Positions 52,955 to 64,000 of a stretch of 64,000 nt of DNA are shown in pieces. Within the stretch, counting starts at the first letter, position 1. Each line of letters opens with the position of its first letter. Made by a program: the position numbers and the translations under genes. The notes below the pieces were generated by a model. That model was not told where the DNA came from. It saw nothing but the letters and a program-made list of their open reading frames with translations, and made no database searches. Source of the stretch: Cirrosporium novae-zelandiae (taxonomy: Eukaryota); the NCBI GenBank assembly GCA_026023565.1, contig JAPETS010000039.1, forward strand, positions 124,001 to 188,000, given 5' to 3'.

Positions 52955-54045
52955 ATTTCGTTTGTGATGGTTAGATGGTGTCGAAGTCTAGAGGGGTTTG
53001 CCGTAATTAAAAAGGGAAGCTTGAGGGATTGTAGGTGATACTGTTGGTTTAGTTGGTTAGATCATGGGTCTTTTTTATGAATAAATGAAGGGATTTAGGC
53101 ATTGGCTTACCGCAAGTTCTTGGCTAGCTGAGTAGATCTCTTCGATTCGATTCAATTAATTGATGTCACCGTGAGCACGACGTCTGTTGTGCGGTTTGCT
53201 TGAGATGATCGATGGTAGTGTGGCGGGGGTATTGGCTGGTCTGCTTCTGTTTATGCGGACGATATCCTTCTCTCTCCGATTGTAGTAGCTAAGATCAAAA
53301 TCTTAGAAGATGCAAAGACCACTTGCCACAATGTCTGGCAGTCGATTTAATCTGTCTATACCCAACCGGATATTTATACTTATTTCTATCCCGCCCTTGG
53401 GGGGTCTAGGTAGAGTAAATAGATAGCATGGGCGCTCTCAAGTCTCACGTCTCAAGTACGCACATGCATACACGCAGTGAAACCTGACTGAAGTCGCAGT
53501 AGTACCAACACGATGTCCCCTTTGTACGAAACGTAACGTTAGGACAACCAACTTTTCCTGCTCTTGGACGACAAGAGGGTTTGGGGTTTAGAAATTTGGA
53601 TATGGGTATGATCATGGGTGGTGGATAGTGGATATTGGATCTGAGGGAGTAATGGTAGTGTAAGCAAGTGGATAGATTTGACGCAGTAGTGGTGGAGCGG
53701 GATTTGCCACACTTACCCAGTAGATTGAGATGGGGTGATGTGGAATGAGGTGATATTCTTTGAACCAGCCAAAGTGTTGTTATTGTCAATGAAGCAGTAA
53801 GATAACAATGATGAAGCTGCAAATGATGAAAACGGCGATGTGAGTTTGCCTTTGTCTTTGTAGATCCGTCGTCGTTGTGATTTATAAGAAGCGAATTGTC
53901 CGACAGTTTATGCTTCTTCTTCAAGAGGAGTAGTAGAAATGCAATGAGATAAGTAAATTGATCACATAGAAAAGAAGGAGAAAGGAGGAAGAGGAAGTAG
54001 AAGAGGAAATCTATCTTAAATATGTAGTAGCAAGGATTGCTGGTG

Positions 54046-54572
54046 CTATTGATTATTGATTATTGACACTTGGGAGAGGATGAGAGAGGCTTTATCAAGT
54101 ATGAGTATATCTCGATGGGTGAGTTTGGGGGTGCGGTTTGATGAAGTTGGGCGAGCAGAATAGGGGTGTCAATATCACTAATTATTTCTTATTGACCTGA
54201 CAGGCAGGAGAGAAAAAAATGCAAAAGCTGCCTCTTCGGTGGTTAGATATATCATGTCAATAAGCCAACCAGCCCTATTAGCCAAAGTTGGTGAGGCAGG
54301 AACCTGAATTTTGTCTATTTGTAGCTATGGTCTTGAATGGGTATCCACCTCAGTAATTGCCATAGGTAAGGTGGATAGGCGTTGCTAAGTCCAATGTATA
54401 CGGTCCTTGAAGAAAAGAGAAATGGTTCAAAAGTATATTAGTAGGAGGATTCGACCTAAATCTTTGAAGACGAAGTCGTAGAGTCCTAAAGGTGACTTGA
54501 ACTGCTTTCATCTCATCTTGGATTGAGATATACCACTCGATTCGGTTCAGAGTAACGAGAAGAGTCAATAAG
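54046..54572. promoter_or_regulatory. Cluster of TATTGA/TCAATA elements upstream of the pheromone gene (candidate MAT1-1-1 sites)
   Basis: CTATTGAT-TATTGAT-TATTGAC (54046-54067), GTCAATAT (54168), CTTATTGAC (54188), GTCAATAAG (54256, 54564). Confidence 0.45.
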
Positions 54573-55812
54573 AGAACCGAACTGAGTTGACCTGTCTTGA
54601 TGAAAATGTTTAAGAGTTAAGAGTGAGATAATAAGAGTATGTACAACATGTTGAGGCAGTCTGATGACTAGATCGTAGAAGAACTATTTCCATAGGCTAT
54701 CGATCTATCCAACCTCACAAAGTAAATGAATACTTTAGCTACGCTATGTTGTTGACATGGCCCTGGTCGAACTAAATCACCTAGATAAATCAATCCTTGC
54801 CATACTATTTTGCATCTGGAAGGCATTTAAACAAATCCAAGTTTAGAATGGAACGGAGGTTTGATTAGAAAATTGGGTGGTTGGGAGATTTACTGTGGTA
54901 AGAAGGAGTTGGATGAAATTTAATAATGAAAGGATCCAGTTTAGTTCAGCTGCATATACAAAATCCAAAGGTATGAACATAGTTCAAATCCTAGATTTTG
55001 TTATGCAGATGTCAAATTTTACTACAATAACGCAAGGAAGTAAATAAACAAATAAACAAACAAACAATCTATCCTATCTTATCTTCCATCTCCCATCTCT
55101 TTTACCATACTGTACCCATACGCATACCACATCCCCACCCACAATTACAATACCTACAAGTTTACAACTAAACCAAACGTGCCAAACCAAAAAATCGGAC
55201 CCTTAAACTCCACTCCACCGATAAGAAAAAAAAAGAAGGGACGCATGATCTACATTGCTTGCATTGCATGCATTAGCGTATTTTGAACGCGTCTAGAAAC
55301 TGAAAAAGACACATGTTCGTCCGCACACAGATGGGAATGGGAATTTGCAAAAAAGAAAGAGAAAAGAAAAGAAAAGAAAAGCCCTACTACCGACGTATTT
55401 AATGTAGTACGGCGACAATATTGTTATTGCTATAGGAAAAAAAAAAACTTATATTTATATACTTACTAAACAATTTTTTTCTTTTTTTCTCTGAGAAAGT
55501 TGTGGTTGCACTTTATCAACTAAAAAAAGATCCCGCCCATTAGCTAGTAAGTGTATAGTATATATTTATTTACACATACATATAGAAAGAAGGGATCTCC
55601 TTGATATGAAACTCTTCATACATATGTGGTGGGTGAGTGTGTGTGTGACCCTAGTTAGACTTTTGTTTCTCTTTTGGCTACTGGCCGCCGTCATGTAGAT
55701 TCAAGTTTTGGTTTTTACCTGTGTGTATGTGTATGTGTATATGAGGTGAATATAGCATGGTATTAAATGAATTGATTAATGGGAAAGGCAAATGTTTTTT
55801 TTACATACGTGC

Positions 55813-55846
55813 ATACATACATACATACATACATACATACATACAT
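55813..55846 (+). repeat. (TACA)n microsatellite
   Basis: catacatacatacatacatac... Confidence 0.9.
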
Positions 55847-56797
55847 GTAGTAAGACAAATGTTTCAGCTCGTTGGATGAAGGGGGGAAAGAGAAAATAAA
55901 ATGTTTAAGGCTGGGGATTAAGATTTAAGTTGGTTGGATATATACATGTACACGTATGTAAGGAAGCAGGGAGGAAAGAAAAGAGGAATAATTAATTAAT
56001 TCATTCATGTCTCAGAGTGAAAAAGAAAAGAAATTATCTAATTCCCCTGGTTGTATAGACAACTAAGTCCATGAAGTAGTCATCAATTACTTTTATAGGT
56101 ATTAATTTACTATAACACGTACCGTATATACATCATATCGGCGGTGAATCTCTAATCCCCCTTCGTGCGTTTTCGTTGTTCTTGACAGTGGGTAAACCGA
56201 CCGGTCGGGGCGGCTGGCTGGCTGGCTCACTCACCGCCGACCTACTGTACAAGTACAGCACTTGCCCGACCCAAGCCCGAACGATTCGGCGGTCACGACC
56301 ACCCACGGGCCTTTAGGCGGCGGCCCCCCGGCTGGAAAGAAAAAAATTTACTTTTTTTCAAAGTAGGATTTACGATGTGGTGTGGTCGGTTATCGATAAC
56401 TATAATAATGATGATCATGATGATCATGATGAGTAAAATAGACTACCTAGGTATATTGTCGAGATTCTTTGATTACATACCTGTTGGACTACAAAATATT
56501 TAGATGACGATGACAATGATGGGAGACTCTGTGTTATGTTATTTTATTTTGCTCCCAGTAAAAATACAAATGTTAATGAAATTTCAATTGTGCGTGCGTG
56601 CGTGCGTGCAATCAATATGCCCAGCCCTATCCAGTAGGTATCTCAAAAGACAGCCAACAATAAAAATAAAAATACAGTCCCATCCTTTTGTCAATGCAAA
56701 TGCCAATTCCCAACGCCAATTTTCAATTGTTCCAGGAGCTCAGTAGACCAAAAACATAGCTTGCTCGGAATAGATACCCCATTGCCAATCATATGCT

Positions 56798-57814
56798 TTA
56801 TCTCACAAGTCTCCTTCCTTTAATACTCATGCCCTCTCCATCAACTAACCTCTTCCATCTTCCTTTTATAGTATCCCTGGAGCATCCCACTTGACGTGCA
56901 CACTCCTCCCATTGTTGGTCCGAAAGTTGAATTTTCGAGAGAAGTAGAGCAATGAGACGTTTGTCTGTGGATGGAGTCCAGGAAAGTTGTTGGATATACT
57001 CCGGTGATGGTGAAGGTGTTGGGTCTTCATCGTCGTCATCCTCTGGATATAGTTGAAGATTGGCGTTCTCGGGTTGGGGTTGTTCGTGCCGTTCAGCTTT
57101 TGCGGGAGTGGAGGGTGTGACGTGTTTACGAGTTTGAAGCGGTGAACATACCGGAGCTGACATGGCATAAGACAGCTCATCCTTCGTCAGCCCTAGCGGG
57201 AGATTTTCAGAGTTGCGGATGCTTCGTCGTTGCTTTGGTGTTCTTGGTGGTTCGGTTAATTTAACCTGTTTTCGAGGCGATGCCTTGTGCTGTTGGTTTT
57301 CGTGAATGCCCTTCTTTGTAGCAATTGTATCCTTCGTGAGGTCATCAACATCATCTCGGCACCTTTTGATCCCTTTAGGTACAGAAATCTTAGGCTTAGA
57401 GGTAGTGGTTGCATCTTGTAGTCGCTTTGATGCGAGCCGCACAGGGGCAGGCATCGCAACGCTTGTGCGCCTTGGTGCAATGATCACGGTAGGTGTGAAT
57501 GGTTTAGGTAGTGGAATAGGTGCGGCAGGAAGGAGTGTTCGTTTTGCGGCGCCAGTAGAGGGTGTATATGTCACGCGCGCATTGTGCGATGGCGATGGAG
57601 AAGGAGGAGCGGCAAACATGCATTGCTGTTGGAGGAGTCGACATGCAGAATAGACACGCGAGAGGGCATCGGAGTCATCTTTAGAAGGTCGAGAAGGCAT
57701 GGAGGAAAGATAAGGTGTCTTCGGAGTAGTCGGTGCCTGCATGTTGTTGATGTTGTTGATCTGATTGTTGCCAGAGCACCTGGGAAGGGCCGAGGGTAGA
57801 AGCATTGCTTTCAT
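56798..57814 (-). CDS. Hypothetical Ser/Thr/Pro-rich basic protein with C-terminal Myb/SANT-like domain
   Basis: Intronless 338-aa ORF; WTPSTDKRLIALL..QQWEECARQVG.SRDTIKGRWKRL has Myb-type Trp spacing. Confidence 0.72.
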   Translation of the reverse strand: MKAMLLPSALPRCSGNNQINNINNMQAPTTPKTPYLSSMPSRPSKDDSDALSRVYSACRLLQQQCMFAAPPSPSPSHNARVTYTPSTGAAKRTLLPAAPIPLPKPFTPTVIIAPRRTSVAMPAPVRLASKRLQDATTTSKPKISVPKGIKRCRDDVDDLTKDTIATKKGIHENQQHKASPRKQVKLTEPPRTPKQRRSIRNSENLPLGLTKDELSYAMSAPVCSPLQTRKHVTPSTPAKAERHEQPQPENANLQLYPEDDDDEDPTPSPSPEYIQQLSWTPSTDKRLIALLLSKIQLSDQQWEECARQVGCSRDTIKGRWKRLVDGEGMSIKGRRLVR

Positions 57815-59661
57815 GATAAATATTCAATGTGGACGTGGTGATGATATCGATAAGAAGTTGTAGATATAGCTGAGATATATGATGATGCCTTTCTTAGTCA
57901 CGATCTCTTAGGTGTATGCGCGTTTTGTCACGGTGGAAGGAGTTGATGATCAAGATAAAGAACCAAGCGCAAGATTGCGCCAATTTCTTAATCCGGCGCA
58001 ATCGATCAATTTTTTCGGGTCGCGAATTGAATTATGACAGATCCAAGGGATTGGCGCAATATATATGGTTAGGCGATGATTGTGTGTAGATGATAATGCA
58101 CTTGATAGAAAGGATTGTTTGTAAACAATAGATGTGTGTAGTGTTGATAGTTGCAAAGGGAAAGGAAGAGGGATCGGGGAAGAATGGGAATTGGGGACAG
58201 AAGAAGGGAGCTTGGGTCCTTTGCGACAGGACTCACTAAAAGCCAGTGGGCCTTAGCTTTTGGCCCTACTGTGCCTACTTGTGGGTTACTAAGTGTCCGA
58301 GCCGAATAGTCTTCACTGGTCCTAGTTACACCCTTAGCTCATCTTAGTTCATCTCTTTTCTATTTCTTATTCGTCCAACCTCGTACTTTCCACTTACCAG
58401 TTGATACCAGTTGATACTAGTGAACCTTGCTGGTCCTTTGAGGGTCCTTTCCATCTCCCAATGCTATCCCAGTTGCTATCCCAGTACTCATCTCAACACC
58501 AACTCCTAGATTGCATCCTAGCCTGCGAATTGGCCTGAGGTGGTCACCAGGTGGCCTCAGGTTTTCAAGCTGAGGTCATAGGTGTATGAAAAACCTAGAA
58601 TATAATACCGATAATACCGTATCCTATTCAGGTACACCCACATGAGGCCATTCAGAACTGCCTGCTGTCATCGGGAACATATTTGTCTCAAATGACGTTG
58701 GGAGCAGAATGGGGACGTTGATCTATTGTAGATTATAGAGATAGCCTATAGCCTGCCACGCCTGTGGGAGTCAATGGTCGTTGACGTGTACGTTTGATGA
58801 ATGGACATGATGGATTGCTCGGTGTTGATTTTGTGACAAGTGCCTGGTTGTTAGGGTGTTACTATCGCATCATTCTATGGGGAATTAATATCTGCAGCCC
58901 GGTTCTAAGACTCATCACCTCCCTCAAATTCAATGTCAAAAGGTAATATGTACAGTACATGCCCCAAATCCCCACAATCTATACCATCGAATACATTAAT
59001 TAGGCAAGCAATAAGCCCTCAATTCCTCTCCCTAGCTTGCATTTTGATGAGGGGATGAGGGATTTACAGAACCCCATTCGAGACAGCTCAGCCACCAAGC
59101 ATGTCAAAAGCTCCACTTAACGCGTCGACGTGTCTAACACGCGACAACCTCGCGACTTTATACTTTGGTGCTTTTGACGTGTCTGCCTGTCATACGATAT
59201 CAACCCCCAAATCTTTACTTTAGTAGTACGCTTGCAGCAATGTCGATGCCAATGCCATAAAAGATACTGAGACTTAGGGATTTATGCATATGAAACAATC
59301 TCATTCTAATTTGTTTTGTTTGAATAATGTTGTTTAATAATTCAGTATAGTGTGTAATGTAAAGCCCTCCCTCGCAGTTCACCAGCGTCCTCTAAAAAAA
59401 CAGCTGTCCAGGTCCTCATGTAAGGTAAAGAGGTACCTGTACTTAACGTACAAGACTGCAAAATTTCCATTTGGATGAAACCCTCTCTCCCCACCTATTC
59501 CCTTTATTGCCTGTCCTTCATATCCATTGTCCTTCGCCATTCTGACCAGGTGAAAATAATGTACACGGCCACCATAACCACAATTAAAATATCAATAGAA
59601 CACGATAAGACAGGATAAGAAAATTGACTTGGTTGTCGTTGAATCGATGACTCCCCTCTTT

Positions 59662-62600
59662 TTAGAATGCGCCGTCTACCTCTCCATCGGCTATCCTTAA
59701 CCTTTCCTTGGTAGTCTTGGCTCTTTTACTTGGACCTTTCCTTGTTCCGCCCCTGCCTCGTCCTCTGCCAGGTATATCGGCAGGGAGAGGATGATGATTA
59801 TCAGAGACGGGTGTATTGATACCGGAGGGTTTATTGCTACCATCATCGAAGTTGCCCTCGCCTGCTGATCTGTTAGCTTAGAGCCCGGGAGATTAAATTA
59901 GTGACACGAATCGGGATGCAATTACCTTCGTGATACATCTCGTCGAGGGATAGCCCTCTGGCCCTCTTGCGACCCGCAACCTTCTTTCCAGCCTTTTTCT
60001 GTGTCTCATCTATGGCATTTTCTGCTGCCTCTTTCTCTTTCTGCTCAATGAGTTCCGCTTCATCATCATCGGCCAGCCACATAGCAATATCTTTAGTTCT
60101 GTTCTCCCTGCTACGAGTGTTGAAATCGACGTGAGCGCCAGCACCGCCAGAAATGACAACCCGTTGAACTTCTTCCTTTTGAAGAGCACGTTTCCTGATG
60201 CGCTCTTCGATGGTCCCACGTGTGATCATACGATAGACGGTAACCTGTTTGGTCTGACCAAGACGATGAGCACGATCCATTGCTTGGGAATCAATGGTTG
60301 GGTTCCAGTCCGAGTCGTAGAAAATAACAGTATCCGCTGAAGTAAGGTTGATACCCAAGCCACCTGCTCGAGTGGATAAAAGGAAGATAAAGATCTCTGG
60401 GCGAGTTTGGAAGTCATGGACTGTATCTCTTCGATCCTCGAGCTTTGTGGAACCATCAAGACGAAGATATTTGTAGTTCCGATATGTCAAATATTCTTCC
60501 ATTAGATCAATCATGCGAGTCATCTGGAAGTAGAGTAGTACACGATGGTTGTTATTCTTGAGTTCACGGAGTAGGTCATCGAGTTTAGCCAGCTTGCCGG
60601 AATCAGTAACAAAGCGGCGCATTGAGGGAACACTAATATTGGTATATCGAGTCTGTTCTGAGATTGGTGGTGGTAACATTCGAGTAACAGGGAAGGATGC
60701 AGGGTCCACCTGTTTCTCGAGTAATGCTTGCTCTTCTTGCTCAAACACATCGAAGAGTGCTTGTCGCATAGGAATATTGAACACCTCATTCTCCCTCTCC
60801 ACAATAGAATTTTGATCGGAACAGATGATTTCGATAGGTGGTGCAGAGGCAGCAGGAGTAGCACATTGTTCTAACCGGAATAGACCTCGATCATGGAAAG
60901 AGGTAGTTGACACTTCTGTTAGATCAATAAAACAATGTTCAGTTGTTGCTTCAGCTAGTGGCATCCAATTATTACGCTCGACGATGTTGAAGAAAGCATG
61001 AACAGGGGTAAACTTGGAATTTTCATCCTCCTCATCGTAGATGACATTCAATCTTCCAAGGCTGTTTGACTTCTTGCTGAGATCGACAGCACGTTGGAAT
61101 ATATCCTTCTTTGAACTTTGGTGAAGTTCACCCGGAGATGTATCGGTAAAACGTAACCACGAGAATGCCTCATTTTCTTTCATACTTTGTCGAATATTTT
61201 CCGGAGTCCAGATATTCATTAGATTGCGAATATATCTCCCCCGGAAGCCTGCTATCTGGTTGTCCGGGCCGGGGACATCGATTCGTCCAGCTGAACTGCA
61301 AAGCATGCGCGGCAAATCGTACTTAATAGGATTGTGAATTGAATATCCAATGGTAACATCATGACCTTCTCGTATGAAGGATGCAGTTTGGGCAAATGTA
61401 GCAAACGACAGTGGTGATGTCGTCTCCGCTCGTTCGAATAGGTCGGGATGGTTGCACACTTTCCGGAATTGCATGACCAAGTTCATCAGAGTCGCTGTAT
61501 CATCTTGATCTCCCACCGAGGCCTTTTCAATGAGATCCATAATGCTGATCTTGTTACGAAGATTAGCGTAGTATGCTCGTTGCCGGTAGGTAAGATCACA
61601 GAAGACATCCTTCTCAACCTTGTCACCAAGCTCCTTTTGGACGTGTTTCTTGATACGACGTAGCATAAATGGTTTAAGGATCATGTGTAAACGTTTGAGT
61701 TGATCTTCGTTGAGTTTTGTGTTGCTCTGGGCATGACTTTCGATATCTTTAGAGAACCAGTCACTAAATTCATCATGAGAATCAAATAGAGTTGGCATAA
61801 TAAAATGTAATAGAGCCCACAACTCTTGCATGTTGTTCTGGATTGGGGTGCCAGTAAGCAAAAGCCGATTACGACAGTGGAAGCCAAGAAGGTTCTTCCA
61901 TCGTGAACTTTGAGAAGACTTTATTGCCTGAGCCTCGTCCAGAATCATGTATTGCCATTTGATTTTTTGGAAATACTGAGTATCCTGAACAACCAGTTGG
62001 TAGGAGGTGACTAAAACATGAAATTCCGAGGACTGAGTATAAGTTATATGCTTACGGTCCCAAAACTTCCGAAGAGTCTTTCGATCCTTTGCATTACCCC
62101 AGTAAGGAAGTACTTTCAAGTCAGGAACGAATTTGGTAATTTCCTGTTGCCAATTGTGCAATGTAGACGCTGGGGCAATGACTAAGAAAGGACCCCAGAT
62201 GTTGTGTTTCTCTGCAAGATAAGCCATGACGGATATTGATTGAACTGTTTTCCCGAGACCCATTTCATCGGCAAGGATACCATTAATGCCTTGCTCGTAA
62301 AGATTAACAAGCCAGTTGAGACCTTTAAGCTGGTACTCCTTCAACTGGGCGGTCAGCATCTTGGGTTGCTCGACATCCATATCACCCAAACTCGTAGGAT
62401 TCTGGAAGTTCATCTCCCCCTCATCAAATTGAGCCATTTTGTTCTCCTCTTCGCCGTTAAATGCCCTGGCCCTGTCTTGGGCCTGCTGTACAGCTTGCTG
62501 AGCATTTGCCATTGCAGCCTCCTTAAGCGCTGTTTCATCTTCGGCATCAAAGTCAAGGTCTTCAAAATTAGTGACTTTGGTTCCGGGCTTAACACTGTCA

Positions 62601-64000
62601 GGCAGGGTAACGGTATGCGCGGCAGGTTTTGTGGTAATTTTTTCATGAGTAGCAGCCGAGACGCTGTCTGTAGACCTTTCTACCTCGTCAGTTTTGATCT
62701 TACGTCCAATAAAATGGGAATATAGCTCGGTTTGCGAGATTAAGAAGTTCAGCTTCCTCTTCTGCCGATTGGCTTCACGATCAGCTTCAGCCTTCTTCGC
62801 GTTCTCGAGTTCTTGCTTCTCAGCTAAGCGACGCAGATCCCGCTCTTCTCTCTCATTGCGTTTCCAGAAAGACATCATCTCTCGCATAGTCCTCTTGGCA
62901 CGCGCTTGAATTTCTTTGACACTCTTGTTTGTCTTGAGTTGCCATCTTCGAGCTTCCTTTGAGGCGAGTTGGGCAGTCTTTCGCAAATTAGATGTCCTAA
63001 CCGTGGTAGAATTATCCTTAACGCGGGCAACTTTGGGGATGTCTTTCCGAGCAAGATCTCTCCAGATTTGGTCATAAATCTGATTGTATCCCTTGGAAGT
63101 GTAATTGACCACATTCGCTGCCGGTGCTGGAGAAGGTTCGCTAGGTTCAGGCTCTACTGGTTCCTTTAGTTCTTTTGGCTCCTTCTTCACTACCTCCTTC
63201 TCCTTTGGAGCTTCTTCTTTCGGAGCAATATGGACAAGGTCATCTGTGGTACCTGCACGTTCCATAGCGGCATAAGCGGCAGCGGCTCTATCCTTTTCAC
63301 TTTGCTTCTTCTCTTTCGATTTCTTGGGTCTGGTGCTAGTGGTTTGCCTTCCAGATTTCCTCCTATTAGGTTCCGGAGTAGCGTGGCCATCCATGTGAAA
63401 TGAGCTCATCGTGCCTCCTTCTAGGTTCGGTGCTAGTGGGGTTACCTCACGAATCTCTTCAGGAGCGTCGCCTCGGTCAAGAATCTTTTGAGTATTTCTA
63501 GCCTTCTTCTGCGCCTTGGAAGCTTCCTTCAAGAATCTTTCACGCTCCGCTTCATCCTCACATTGTTGTGCTTTCTCTAGAGCTTCTTTCTCCTTTTGTG
63601 TCTCTTTGTGAACAGTGGCCTCACGACGTCGTTTCCGTTGCATGTCTTTCTTGCGTTCTCTATCGGCAAGAAGATCCTTCTTTTGTACTTCTAGTTGAGC
63701 AGCTTGTTCAAGACGCTGACGGAAGAGGGTCTTTGTACCACGCTTCCTAAACTCTTGGCTGAACTGAGTCGCGTAGGCAATTCGCCGGCGCTATTTCAAG
63801 TCAACAATTAAAATAGACAAGTAGGTTTCGTCGTGCAACACATACCTTTCGTTTCCCAGCCTCGCTCGCTTGAATTTCAAGTTCGCGCTTCTTACTCTTC
63901 GATTGGTAGGCTTTGCGCTCATCCTCGAACTTAGGAGAATCGACATCGCTAAGCTCCATGACATCAATTCGAGCCATGGCTTTTGAAACCTTCTCTTTCT
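59662..64000 (-). CDS. INO80: INO80 chromatin-remodelling ATPase (5' end outside window); introns ~63792-63845 and ~59863-59924
   Basis: DBINO ([48 protein letters not shown]), [19 protein letters not shown], split ATPase insertion, [20 protein letters not shown]; last exon GEGNFDD..VDGAF*. Confidence 0.97.

Noticed and set aside
41866..54572. Mating-type (MAT) locus
   Set aside because: No alpha-box or HMG gene and no APN2/SLA2 flanks seen
58390..58562. Short tandem (CCAGTTGATA) and CCTGAGG/CCTCAGG inverted repeats
   Set aside because: Too short and irregular for CRISPR, MITE termini or a defined site

Overview
Gene-dense eukaryotic DNA from a filamentous ascomycete (Pezizomycotina-type short GT-AG introns with CTAAC/CTAAT branch points; the exact taxon cannot be set from sequence alone). 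I can support 20 protein-coding genes, mostly conserved housekeeping: NDUFA12, PGS1, a CYLD-like deubiquitinase ending in CaaX, a Dph4-like J-domain protein, DUF1770, a WHIM1 chromatin factor, RPL2, a BAR protein, STH1/SNF21, LSC1, ELP3, V-ATPase subunit f (RNaseK-like), HIS6, FAF1, STE12/steA, HEM1, a DUF89/ARMT1 phosphatase, a Myb-like orphan and INO80 (5' end runs off the window). The best hidden signal is an intronless 109-aa gene (52625-52954, minus) that looks like a single-copy alpha-factor-like pheromone precursor (WCFLPGQAC). It lies 8 kb from STE12, and its long upstream region carries clustered TATTGA/TCAATA (candidate MAT1-1-1) sites plus a GC-rich island with three TCGGCGGT[G/C]A repeats. 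Other notable items are a K-Ras-like prenylation tail on the deubiquitinase, a Dph4-like J protein lacking an intact CSL finger, and an 84-nt skippable STE12 zinc-finger exon. There are also several stop-free 3n introns, C-rich to G-rich switches within genes, and degenerate orphan ORF relics. I found no tRNA, rRNA, CRISPR array or intact transposon. Exon boundaries were read by eye.
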